Positions 45,926 to 55,132 of a DNA stretch of 63,685 nucleotides are shown here, one piece after another (positions within the stretch are counted from its first letter, which is position 1; the number at the start of each line of letters is the position of its first letter). The DNA comes from a virus (taxonomy: Duplodnaviria; Caudoviricetes), in the IMG/VR virus record IMGVR_UViG_3300047360_000121, positions 1 to 63,685 of that record; one strand, written 5' to 3'. A program made the position numbers and the translations under genes. Under the pieces are notes generated by a model. The model was not told the origin of the DNA and made no database searches. It was given only the letters and a program-made list of their open reading frames with translations.

Positions 45926-48001
45926 TCAGTCCTTGATGAAGTGGGTGGTGATGTGCCCGGCGGAACCGAGCGGCAGGCCGGGTGCCCAGACAGGCACCTC
46001 CTCCATGCATTGAATGAGGACCGGCAGCTTGGCCGCAGCGTCCTCCTCGCGAATGAGCGGGGTGATCTGATCGTGGACGTGGAGTCGAATGTCCAGACCT
46101 TCCTTCTTCGCCAGCTTCATGCCGTGAACCAGCAGGTCGCGGCTGATCGCTTGGTCGGCGTTCTCCACGATCTTGCCCGGCGTGGTGTGGGTCCGCACCC
46201 ATTGCTTCTTGTCGTTCAGGCCCTCGTAGGTGAGCGACTGGCGCATCTCGCCCCACGGCGTCTCGCGCTCCTCCAATTTCGGGCGCAGGTAGTGCAGTGG
46301 GCGTCCCGAGGGCAGGATCATACGCATGAAGGGGCCTTTGATGTCGAACCGGACGTAGCCCTCCTCCTGCGGCTTGCCGGTCCTGACGCACCGCTTGGCG
46401 GCTTTCTCAAGGGCGTACCAGTAGGACTTCACCTCCTTGAACTCGCGACGGAAGGTGTCGATCGAGTGCTGCGCGTCCTCCTGCGTGAACTGCTTGACGC
46501 CCATGCCCCACGCATAGCCCAGCAGGCCGGTCGCCTCGATCTCGCCCGTCTGGTGGTTCACCCGCTGCTGCCCCGCGCCCATGCCGTAGCCCGCGCCGAG
46601 CGTTCCGGGTTTGCCGATCGACCGCTTCGCGCCGTTCCCGAGCACCTTGTATTCGTGCCAGAGGTCTTCGTAGGGCTGATCGTAGAGGTAGGCCGCGAAG
46701 GCGAGATAGGGGTCGCGCTTCAGCTTGAACACGTCGAGGATTTTGTCGCAGTTGGCGAGCCAGCCGAGCACCCTGTTCTCGATCGCGTTCAGGTCGGCGT
46801 CCAGAAAGGTGAAGCCTTCGGGGGCCTGCGCCGCCGGGCGCAACGCCGAGGCGAGCACGTCGAAGGGGTTGCCGTGAACCATGCGCAGGGCTTCGAGATC
46901 GAGGTGTTCGATCGCCCGCGCGATTTGCGGCTGCATCGGCTCAAACCGCTTCTCGGGCCGGGGAAGGTTCTGCGGCTGGAAGATGCGCCCAGCGTATCGC
47001 CCTGTGCGGGCCGCGCCGTTCATCTGAAGCACGTTCCGCAGCAGGCCGTCGTCGTCGGTCGCCCGGTCGAGGGCGTAGTATTTCTTGATCGAGGTGCGCG
47101 AGGTTTCGGCGCGCAGTTCCAGCACCCGGTAGAGGTCGCGCTCCTCCTCGGGATGCGCCGCGCCGTCCATGATGCGGTTCCCGATGTCCGCGAGCGCCTG
47201 CGTGATGTGGCCCTTCTTCATGTCCTCGTAGGGGTAGCCCTGTTCGCGCAGCCACGGGAGAAGCTGCTTCACCGAGTTCGGGTTCGCGAGGCCGGTGATG
47301 TCGGCCATCTCGTCCAGCGCCTCGGCGAGCGCCTGTTCGTAGATGCGCAGCGCGTTCGTCACCATGGCCCGGTTGATCGGAAGCCCGGCCCGGTTGATCT
47401 CCTGATCGAGAAACCAGAGGTCCCATTCGTCGGCGCTCATGTCGAACTTGCGCAGGCGGCGGTAGATCGCGCGCTCGGATTCCACGTCCGATCGGTTATA
47501 GGCGAGGTAGTCGCACCAGTCGTCGGGGTCGTCATACCAGAACACCCGCGTCGCGGGGTTGTTCTTCGACGGCTTTCGGGGGAACGAGAACTTCCGCATC
47601 AGGGCCTTGCCCCGGCGGTCCTTCTGCTGATCCATCGGCAGGCCGATGACCTCACCGGCCTTGCCCAGCGACCCCGGCAGCGAGCAATGCAGCGCCAGAA
47701 CCATCGTGTCGCGCCACTGGCGAATGTCCACCGGCAGCCCGAGGGTGTGCTCGATGATCTGCATCTCAAAGGGCGCGTTCCATGCCCACTTGATGACCTC
47801 GGGATCGACCAGCGCCTCGGACAGTTCAGCCGTCAGCGGCTCACCCTCGGCGTGGGCAAGCTGCTGGATCGGCGCGTCGTTGAAGGCGAAGGCGGTCATC
47901 AACGCCTCGGTCGAGGTGTGCCGCGCATAGACGGACGACCCGGTGTCCTTCAGGTTCATCTCGGAAAACGTCTCGAAGTCGATATGCAGGCGGTCGGGCA
48001 T
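45926..48001 (-). CDS. DNA polymerase, family A, with 3'-5' exonuclease
   Basis: IDFET, AWNAPFE, YNRSDV, TGRYAG, ADLNAIENRV, R..GK...LG.GYG, HVHDQI. Confidence 0.95.
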   Translation of the reverse strand: MPDRLHIDFETFSEMNLKDTGSSVYARHTSTEALMTAFAFNDAPIQQLAHAEGEPLTAELSEALVDPEVIKWAWNAPFEMQIIEHTLGLPVDIRQWRDTMVLALHCSLPGSLGKAGEVIGLPMDQQKDRRGKALMRKFSFPRKPSKNNPATRVFWYDDPDDWCDYLAYNRSDVESERAIYRRLRKFDMSADEWDLWFLDQEINRAGLPINRAMVTNALRIYEQALAEALDEMADITGLANPNSVKQLLPWLREQGYPYEDMKKGHITQALADIGNRIMDGAAHPEEERDLYRVLELRAETSRTSIKKYYALDRATDDDGLLRNVLQMNGAARTGRYAGRIFQPQNLPRPEKRFEPMQPQIARAIEHLDLEALRMVHGNPFDVLASALRPAAQAPEGFTFLDADLNAIENRVLGWLANCDKILDVFKLKRDPYLAFAAYLYDQPYEDLWHEYKVLGNGAKRSIGKPGTLGAGYGMGAGQQRVNHQTGEIEATGLLGYAWGMGVKQFTQEDAQHSIDTFRREFKEVKSYWYALEKAAKRCVRTGKPQEEGYVRFDIKGPFMRMILPSGRPLHYLRPKLEERETPWGEMRQSLTYEGLNDKKQWVRTHTTPGKIVENADQAISRDLLVHGMKLAKKEGLDIRLHVHDQITPLIREEDAAAKLPVLIQCMEEVPVWAPGLPLGSAGHITTHFIKD

Positions 48002-48303
48002 CAGGCGTCTCTCAGCAGGGCGGCGATCGCCTCATTGTATTCACGCTCGGCGGCGCGCTCGGCCTCGTCACGGGCAACGCGCAGGGCGAACGCTGCGGCG
48101 CAGAAACGCTCGGCTTCCTCTCGGGTGTCGAACGCGGCCATGACGCGGGCGATCATCACGGCCTTCACGCGGCTGCGGCCCCCGCCAGTCAGCACTTGGA
48201 CGCGGCGCGGCGTGACACCCACGACCTCGATCGGGTGCGGGTTCGCATACTGCGGAAGGAGGGGGTGGCGCAGGACGGCCCACTGGCCGGTCTTGGGGAT
48301 CAT
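48001..48303 (-). CDS. Hypothetical protein
   Basis: GAGGACTCCTGACATG leader; TGATG coupling to the polymerase. Confidence 0.7.
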   Translation of the reverse strand: MIPKTGQWAVLRHPLLPQYANPHPIEVVGVTPRRVQVLTGGGRSRVKAVMIARVMAAFDTREEAERFCAAAFALRVARDEAERAAEREYNEAIAALLRDA

Positions 48304-48359
48304 GTCAGGAGTCCTCTCGTGGTGGCGGGGGCTGCCCGTGAACAGCCCCCTATGATGTA

Positions 48360-49043
48360 TCAGATCATGTCGTCGTCATCATCCTCCTCGTCATCGCTGA
48401 AGTCGCCGCCGATCGACCCCTCGGTCCCGGCCATATCGTCATCGAACTCCTCGTCAACGTCGATCGAGGTGCCGCCGAACGGCTCACCGTCGCGGAAGAA
48501 CTGGACCGCCTTGACCTGCGCGTTCAGGCGCTTGCCGTGCTTGTTGTCCTGCGCCCAGATCACGAGCACCGCGTTCACGTAGCAACCCGAGTAGGGGGCG
48601 TTCTTGCCGCCGCCCTCGGCCTCGATCCACTTGCCGTTGCCGTCCTTGCGGTTAGTAATGACGGACGGGCGCTCGTTCAGTTGGGCGTTGGCCGAAGCGT
48701 AGTGGTTCCCGGCGTAACCGTCCCAATTCTCCTGATCGCCGTCGCGGAAGAACTTCCGGTCGTCCTTGATCTTGGGCCACTTGTCGGGATCGTCGCCCCA
48801 CTTTTTCGCCTTGGCCTCGTCGCCCGCCGCCTTGATCGCCTTCAGGATGGGCATCTTCTTGCCCTTGAAGACGCCCTGCATCTCCTTCGCGTCTTCCTTG
48901 GGAATCAGGAAGTTCGCGCCCCACGTCTCGCGGATCGTGCCGTCGTCGTTCTCGGAACGATTCGGCTCGTACAGCTTCTCGAAGGAGAGGCGCACGTTGA
49001 GCAGGGTGACTTTGCCGATGATGTCTGCTTTGGCCTTCGCCAT
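48360..49043 (-). CDS. ssDNA-binding protein (DUF2815)
   Basis: NVRLSF, RDGD, YSGCYVNA, AVQFFRDGEPFGG; acidic tail. Confidence 0.9.
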   Translation of the reverse strand: MAKAKADIIGKVTLLNVRLSFEKLYEPNRSENDDGTIRETWGANFLIPKEDAKEMQGVFKGKKMPILKAIKAAGDEAKAKKWGDDPDKWPKIKDDRKFFRDGDQENWDGYAGNHYASANAQLNERPSVITNRKDGNGKWIEAEGGGKNAPYSGCYVNAVLVIWAQDNKHGKRLNAQVKAVQFFRDGEPFGGTSIDVDEEFDDDMAGTEGSIGGDFSDDEEDDDDDMI

Positions 49044-49052
49044 GGTAGTCTC

Positions 49053-50333
49053 CTAGATTACGTCGTCTTCGTCAGGTGCGTCCGGCAGGTCCGACAGGGC
49101 ATCCCGTATCGGCTCACCCGGATCAGTTTCAGGGACGAGGATCGGCCTCGCTTCCCCCATCTGCACATACCGGGCGTAGACTTCCCGGTACTGCTTCTTC
49201 CCGACCAGCTTCTCAAGCTGCGGCGGGGAGATCAGAGCGCGCGGCAGGTATGCCTCGTCACCCAGATTCTTCTTCAGGATCACCTCGGCGCGCACGGGGT
49301 CGGTGAAGGCGCGCTTGCCGCGCCGTCCGGCGACCATCTTCATGCCGGGCACCTCGCGGCCCATCTCGGCGTCCTTGTAGGCTTCCTCCTGAAGCTGCTT
49401 CAGGTACTTCTCGATGGTGCCCTTGGACAAGAGCACCTGCGACCGCTGTTCGGGCGTCATGGCCCGGCGCAGCGTGGGTTCCTCGCCGACCATGAACTCG
49501 GTTTCGAGGTCATCGAACTCCAAGCCCATGAGGTCGGTCAACCAGCGGGCGCGGGCCTCGCAGGTATTGTAGCGCGCCGCCGGGCAGAAGTTGCATTGCT
49601 TCTCGCCGGGCACGAAGGGCGCATCGGGGTCTTCGGTCAGCGCGGCGTCCTCGCGAATGCGACGGCCCTCGCGCAACAGGTGCCCCATGGTCGTCACCCA
49701 CGTTCCGCCACCGCCGGGCGCGCGGGGTTGCTCGATCATCACCTGAACCTTGATGTCCTCGGCCCAAGAGGCGTTCCGGTCGGGGTCGATCCCCCGGCGA
49801 CGCGCTTCCTCGGCGAACATATCGCGGGCGATGTCGGACCACGTTCCGAGCGCATAGAGGATCGCTTGATCGTTCTCCTCGGGATGGACCGGGACGCCCT
49901 GCCCGTATTTCCAGTCGAAGACGGTGATCGTCCAGTTCGCGGGGTCGAGCAGCGCGGCGTCGGTCGTGCCGAACTCGCCTTCGCCGACCCATTCGGCAAG
50001 GCTCACGCGCTTCTCGACAAGAAGGGTGGTGGTGTCCGTCTCCATGGCCCACAGCAGGTCCAGACCGGCCAGCATGTTGTCGGCCATCTCGTGATCGAAC
50101 TCAAGCCAGCCGAAGCCCTCGACCTCCATCCCGTCACCGACGAAGCCGTGCGGCTCAAGCCCCATTTCGAGGCAGTCGGCGGCGAAGTCGTGGAAGACGG
50201 TGCCATAGGCAGCTTCGATGCCAGCGGTATTCGGGTGGCCTGCCGACGCCCGAACCGAAGCCGGGCATTTCCGCCAGCGGTGGGCCGTGGAAGGCCCACG
50301 CTTCGAGTGCGCAATCTCGTCGGTGTCGGACAT
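49053..50333 (-). CDS. DUF2800 PD-(D/E)xK exonuclease
   Basis: HS..GPSTAHRW..CP, GTVFH, FGTTD, DWKYGQG, QPR, CNFC. Confidence 0.9.
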   Translation of the reverse strand: MSDTDEIAHSKRGPSTAHRWRKCPASVRASAGHPNTAGIEAAYGTVFHDFAADCLEMGLEPHGFVGDGMEVEGFGWLEFDHEMADNMLAGLDLLWAMETDTTTLLVEKRVSLAEWVGEGEFGTTDAALLDPANWTITVFDWKYGQGVPVHPEENDQAILYALGTWSDIARDMFAEEARRRGIDPDRNASWAEDIKVQVMIEQPRAPGGGGTWVTTMGHLLREGRRIREDAALTEDPDAPFVPGEKQCNFCPAARYNTCEARARWLTDLMGLEFDDLETEFMVGEEPTLRRAMTPEQRSQVLLSKGTIEKYLKQLQEEAYKDAEMGREVPGMKMVAGRRGKRAFTDPVRAEVILKKNLGDEAYLPRALISPPQLEKLVGKKQYREVYARYVQMGEARPILVPETDPGEPIRDALSDLPDAPDEDDVI

Positions 50334-50403
50334 GAGGTTCAGTTCCGTGTCAGGGAGAAGGGAACCCCCGGCGGAAGGGAGGAGAATCCGCCGGGGGCTG
50401 GGC

Positions 50404-50595
50404 TTAACGAGCCGTATAGACCGAGCAGCCCCGCCGACGCTCGATCTTCGGGTCGTCCACCTTGTCGGCGAAACCCATGTTCCGCAGTTTGGCCCCAACG
50501 ACGTGCGGAAGCAAGACCTCCGCGCCGCCAGCAGCGCGAAGGCTGTTCAGCGCGGTCTTTTGGGTGTGGGTCAGTTGGTCTTCGAGATTACCCAT
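50404..50595 (-). CDS. Small hypothetical protein
   Basis: 63-aa ORF filling the gap in the replication operon. Confidence 0.5.
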   Translation of the reverse strand: MGNLEDQLTHTQKTALNSLRAAGGAEVLLPHVVGAKLRNMGFADKVDDPKIERRRGCSVYTAR

Positions 50596-50663
50596 TGTTC
50601 ACTCTTTCGTTATGGGTTCAGTTGACCTCGGGGAAGGCTCCCCGAGGCTAGTTCAGAGATAGT

Positions 50664-51197
50664 TCAGACGACATCACCGTCATCGTCGCCATCGTCATCC
50701 GAGTCGGCCATGAACTCGGGGGTCCGGCCCTCCTCGAAGTCCTCGACGTAGCCGAGGGCTTCCGCCAGCTTGTCGCCGGGGATCGCGGTGAAGCGGGCGA
50801 CATCGTAGTGCTCGATGATCTTGCCGATGTTCGCCTTGCGCTCGGCGCGCTCGGCCTTGTCGCCGGTCTTCAGGTAGGTGGTGACGCGCTCGGCAGCCTC
50901 GGCCACGGAGATTTCGTCGCCGTCGCCTTCGCTCTCCTCGGCAGCGGCCTTCTCGGCAGCAGCCTTGTCGGCGGCGGCTTTCTCCTTCGCGGCCTTGGCC
51001 TTAGCAGCCTTCTCGGCCTTGGCGGCTTTCTCGGCGTCGGCGTCCGAGGTGTCGGCGGCGGCAGCCTTGGTCGAGGTGGTCTTCGCGGACGCCGCGCCAG
51101 CGGCCATCTTGTCGATCGCGGCGGTGTGTGCCTCGGTGGCCTCGGCATTGCGCAGGAGGGCGGCGGTCAGGTCAGCGATCATCTTGTCCATGGACAT
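50664..51197 (-). CDS. First protein of the replication operon: Ala/Lys-rich linker plus small helical C-terminal domain
   Basis: AAAGGA RBS; architecture typical of the gene preceding DUF2800. Confidence 0.8.
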   Translation of the reverse strand: MSMDKMIADLTAALLRNAEATEAHTAAIDKMAAGAASAKTTSTKAAAADTSDADAEKAAKAEKAAKAKAAKEKAAADKAAAEKAAAEESEGDGDEISVAEAAERVTTYLKTGDKAERAERKANIGKIIEHYDVARFTAIPGDKLAEALGYVEDFEEGRTPEFMADSDDDGDDDGDVV

Positions 51198-51321
51198 GAT
51201 AGGTCCTTTCAGAATCGTTCGTTGCGGTAGGCGTTCTATGTGCCATGACGACGACGGGGTTGTCAACGTCTGGTTGGCTACATATAAAGGTCTGGCGACA
51301 CATGCAAGAGGGAAACTGAAA
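51198..51321. promoter_or_regulatory. Divergent promoter region
   Basis: AT-richer gap between divergent genes; TTGACA on the minus strand near 51260-51266. Confidence 0.55.
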
Positions 51322-51597
51322 ATGCCGATCTATGCCACCCCTGAAGACGCGCAGGACGACCTGTCCAAGCTGCTTCTGAAGACGGTTCCTGAAAACAAGC
51401 ACGGGAGGAAGACGATCACCCGCCTTGCGGAACTCTATCCGCTCAAGCGATACTCGATCCAGAAGTGGATCGCCCAGCAGCGCGTTCCCGCGTCTAGGGT
51501 TGACCGACTGGTAGCGATCGGGCGAATTGGAGTCCCCGAGGGCGAACCGGGCCGCGTGAGCCGGAAGGACTTCGAGCCGTTCGTTTACAACTACTGA
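51322..51597 (+). CDS. Cro-like HTH regulator
   Basis: ITRLAE...RYSIQKWI..QRVP; upstream of the primase. Confidence 0.65.
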   Translation: MPIYATPEDAQDDLSKLLLKTVPENKHGRKTITRLAELYPLKRYSIQKWIAQQRVPASRVDRLVAIGRIGVPEGEPGRVSRKDFEPFVYNY

Positions 51598-51665
51598 ACT
51601 GACTCGCTACGGTGGCAACCGCTGCGGTCATAGCAGCCGCCGCAACCATCCTGACTGGAATCTAC

Positions 51666-54395
51666 ATGAAGACGAGCAGAATCAACGGCGCGAAGATGGT
51701 CCGTTTCTCCCAAGGAGACGGATCGAACTTCGGCAAAGTGCGCGACAAGACTGAAACGCTGGACGACTTCTATTCGCTGTTCCACGACGCGATGAACACC
51801 GGAGAGACGTTCCGGCAGTTCAACAAGATGTCGGACCTTCAGCAGCGTGACAAGAAGGCAATGCGCGGATTCTGGTTCCGCGCCCACACGGGGGGCAAGC
51901 GGCGGAACCGATCATCGGCGCTGCCGTCCGACTTCATCACCCTCGATTTCGACTATGTGACGGTCGAGTTCTTCAAGGCCGTATATAAGAACACCCTCGG
52001 CATCCCCTTCGAGTACGCCGTCCACACCTCGCGGCGGCACACACCGGACGACCCGCGCTTCCGGGTCATCATCCCGGTCAGCGTCGGCGTGGATAACGAC
52101 GCCTACCCGGCGGTGAGCCGCATCTTGGCCTCGCAGTTCGACCCGACCATGAAGCTGCCTGACCCGGTGTCCTTCCGGTCGGCGCAGATGATGTTCCTGC
52201 CGACGCGGTGCTCGGACGGCAAATACCATTTCGTCGTCCACGAGGGTGAACTCGCCGATCCGAACGAGGTGCTGGACACCTTCGAGATGACGGTCGGCGA
52301 CTGGCGCGACATCACGCTCCTGCCGAAAGCGCCCGACGAGAAGCTGCGCCAGACCGCCGAGAAGGCCGAAGACCCGACCGAGAAGGTCGGCCCGGTCGGC
52401 AACTTCTGCCGCGCCTACAGCGTCGAGGACGCGATCGACAAGTTCCTGCCCGATGTCTATGCCCCGGTGGACCTGCCGAGCGCCAAGCCGCGCTACTCGT
52501 ACCTCGGGGGCACCACGGTCAACGGGGCCGAGGTGCAGGACGACGGCCTGTTCCTCTATTCCCACCACGGGTCCGACCCGTGCTCGGACATGCTCGTCAA
52601 CGCCTTCGATCTCGTGCGCATCCACAAGTTCGCCGACGAGGACAAGGGCTTCGACGCCGAGGGCAAGAAGGCGAACGAATACCCCTCCTACAAGGCCATG
52701 GTCGAGTTCATCAAGGACGACGACGCCTATCGCAAACAGGTTGTCGCGTCGAACTACGACACGAACGAGATGTTCGATGACCTGTGGGATGAGGATGAGA
52801 TCGAGATCGAGGACGACGAGATCGACTCCATGGTGGGAACGGTGCCTGAACCCGTCGATCGCGACGAGGACGATGAGGACGACGAGGACGACCCGAGCGA
52901 ACTGGTGGGCGACGTGCCGGCGAAAGAGTTGGGCCGGGCGATCCTGAAGCCGCTCAAGCCGAAGAAGCGGCCCAAGCCCGAGGAGGGCTGGGTGGCGACG
53001 CTGGAAGCCGACCGGGCGGGCAAGGTGATCCCCAATATCGCCAACATCACGCGCATTCTGACCTGCGACCCGCGCTTCCGCGACAGCATCGCGTTCAACG
53101 AGTTCCACGCCCGCGCCGTCTGCCGCGTCCCGTTGCGCACGAAGCTGGACTGGATCACGCCGCCGCCGATCGCCGACAAGGAGAACGGCGACCCGTGGCA
53201 GGATTACCACGAGAACAACGTGCGCGTGGTGCTCGAAAGCGAGGCCGGGACCGGCAAGAAGGGCTGGGGCATGAAGGTGTCCGACCGCGACCTCACCGGG
53301 GCCGTGGACCTCGCCGCGCGCATGAACAGCTTCCACCCGGTCAGGGACCGGCTTGAGTCCTTCGATTGGGACAAGAACACCCGGCTCGATCGGCTCTTTA
53401 TCGACTACCTCGGCTGCCCCGACACGCCCTACTACCGTGAGGCCGCGCGCAAGTTCCTGATCGCCGCCGTGGCGCGGGTCTATGAGCCGGGGCACAAGTT
53501 CGACTACGTGCCGACGCTGTGGGGCGCGCAGGGCAAGCGCAAGTCCACCTTCATCAACGTGCTCGCGCTCGGCTGGGCCGGGGAACTGAAGGCCAACTTC
53601 TCGGACGAAAAGGCCATGGTGGAGCAGATGATGGGCTGCCTCATCATGGAACTGCCGGAACTCTCCGCTGTGGGCCGCTCGGCGGTCGAGGACATGAAAG
53701 CCTTCATCTCGGGCACCGAGACGAACGTGCGCCTCGCCTACCGGCGCAACGCTCAGGTCTTCAAGCGCCAGTGCGTCTTCATGGGGTCCACGAACAACAA
53801 GGACTTCCTGCGGGACCAGACCGGCAACCGGCGCTTTTGGCCGATCGAGGTCGTCGTGGACAGCATTGAAACCGACCGGCTCGCGCGAGCCATGCCGCAG
53901 ATTTGGGCCGAGGCCGTGGCCGCATACCGGGCCATGCGCGCCGTCCAGCCGCACGGGATGCTCCCGCTGCACCTTACGTCGTTTGAGGCCCAGCAGGAGG
54001 CCGAGGAACTGCAAGCCGGTAGCCTGCGCGAGAACGACGCCGACATGGTGGCCGCGATCCTCGCCGATAAACTGAACTCGAAGGTCCGCGTCGGCGACGA
54101 CTTTGACGAGGCCCAAGGCGGCGCGACCTACGAGTGGCCGAAGCGTGTCTTCGCCCACAAGATCGCGACCGAATGGCTCGACGGCGTGAAGGTCACGGGG
54201 CAGATGTCGCAGGTCGTCGCGGAAGCCCTCAACAAGCTGGGCTGGGTCAAGTCGGGGGCGCGCGAGCGGGTCACTATCAACGGTGAGCGGACGAAGAACC
54301 CGGTGCGCTCCTACGTTCCGGGGCCGGACCAAATCGCAGTTTGGGAACAACTGGACGAGGCGGAAAAGAGCAACGTGGTCGAGTTCAGGAAGTAG
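51666..54395 (+). CDS. Primase-helicase (N-terminal primase, C-terminal VirE/VapE ATPase)
   Basis: TLDFD, HTSRRH..DDPRFR, YSHHGSDP, GAQGKRKST, ELPEL, GSTN..DFLRDQTGNRRFWP. Confidence 0.92.
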   Translation: MKTSRINGAKMVRFSQGDGSNFGKVRDKTETLDDFYSLFHDAMNTGETFRQFNKMSDLQQRDKKAMRGFWFRAHTGGKRRNRSSALPSDFITLDFDYVTVEFFKAVYKNTLGIPFEYAVHTSRRHTPDDPRFRVIIPVSVGVDNDAYPAVSRILASQFDPTMKLPDPVSFRSAQMMFLPTRCSDGKYHFVVHEGELADPNEVLDTFEMTVGDWRDITLLPKAPDEKLRQTAEKAEDPTEKVGPVGNFCRAYSVEDAIDKFLPDVYAPVDLPSAKPRYSYLGGTTVNGAEVQDDGLFLYSHHGSDPCSDMLVNAFDLVRIHKFADEDKGFDAEGKKANEYPSYKAMVEFIKDDDAYRKQVVASNYDTNEMFDDLWDEDEIEIEDDEIDSMVGTVPEPVDRDEDDEDDEDDPSELVGDVPAKELGRAILKPLKPKKRPKPEEGWVATLEADRAGKVIPNIANITRILTCDPRFRDSIAFNEFHARAVCRVPLRTKLDWITPPPIADKENGDPWQDYHENNVRVVLESEAGTGKKGWGMKVSDRDLTGAVDLAARMNSFHPVRDRLESFDWDKNTRLDRLFIDYLGCPDTPYYREAARKFLIAAVARVYEPGHKFDYVPTLWGAQGKRKSTFINVLALGWAGELKANFSDEKAMVEQMMGCLIMELPELSAVGRSAVEDMKAFISGTETNVRLAYRRNAQVFKRQCVFMGSTNNKDFLRDQTGNRRFWPIEVVVDSIETDRLARAMPQIWAEAVAAYRAMRAVQPHGMLPLHLTSFEAQQEAEELQAGSLRENDADMVAAILADKLNSKVRVGDDFDEAQGGATYEWPKRVFAHKIATEWLDGVKVTGQMSQVVAEALNKLGWVKSGARERVTINGERTKNPVRSYVPGPDQIAVWEQLDEAEKSNVVEFRK

Positions 54396-54421
54396 AACCC
54401 GGCACAGATCGAAGCGAGGAG

Positions 54422-54458
54422 CAACGGCGACCCGTGTGGGTCGCCGTTGTCGTTTTTG
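54422..54458 (+). terminator. Intrinsic terminator after the primase
   Basis: CAACGGCGACCC-loop-GGGTCGCCGTTG then CGTTTTT. Confidence 0.8.
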
Positions 54459-54537
54459 CCCCCTGAACTTTTCAGTTTGGTTCAGTCCGTGGTTCAGCGC
54501 GAGCATGACCGAAAATCTCGAAAAATGGCTCGAATCT

Positions 54538-54820
54538 GTGCCGGGGTGGCACAGACCCCGGCACACCCCGGCACAGCCTTATGAATAAGGGTTTTGAGGC
54601 CCTTTCGAGCCGGAAGCTGTGCCGGTGTGCCGGGCATTTCCAACTTAGCAAGCCGCGCACCGCTCCCGACGATAGTTCACCCGTTAAACTATCTATTTTC
54701 CCCTCCTCTTGTTTAAGTTCCATTACCCCGACACACCCGACACACCCGGCACAAAGGTAGCAGAAACAAGGGGTTAGGCTGTGCCGGGGTAAAACGACCC
54801 GGCACACCCCCGGCACAGAC
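54538..54820. repeat. Cluster of CCC(G)GCACA repeats in both orientations (origin or cosB candidate)
   Basis: About 11 copies including variants, flanking an AT-rich stretch at about 54680-54725. Confidence 0.8.
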
Positions 54821-55046
54821 TGAACTGCGCTCACTGAACTGTTTCAGTCGTTTGGGCCAAGCCCCCGCCGGATCGAGTTCAGGATTTCAGGAGGGGCCAG
54901 TTCAGGGGGTCGCCCCGCGCCCGCCGGATCGTCGCCGAGGCCGGAATATCGGCTTTCCCGAGATCACGATCGCCCACCACTGAACGACTAAACTGAAAAA
55001 ATATCCGATAAACGCTCAGAGTTTAGAAAAACTTCGGACATCCGCG

Positions 55047-55090
55047 CTCAGCGCCACCCCCCGGACGGTCCCACGACCCCCGGAGGACCC
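55047..55090 (-). other. Putative cos site (cosQ-like GGGTCCT plus cosN-like GGTGGCGCTGAG)
   Basis: Minus strand GGGTCCT-N25-GGTGGCGCTGAG-CGCGG parallels the lambda cos layout; GpA-type terminase present. Confidence 0.65.
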
Positions 55091-55132
55091 GAGCGACCAA
55101 ACTTCGTTCGGTCGTTTAGTAGTTTAGTATAG

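Noticed and set aside
49053-50333. Cas4-like nuclease as evidence of a CRISPR system
   Set aside because: It is the DUF2800 exonuclease in its usual SSB/PolA context; no cas genes or array are present.
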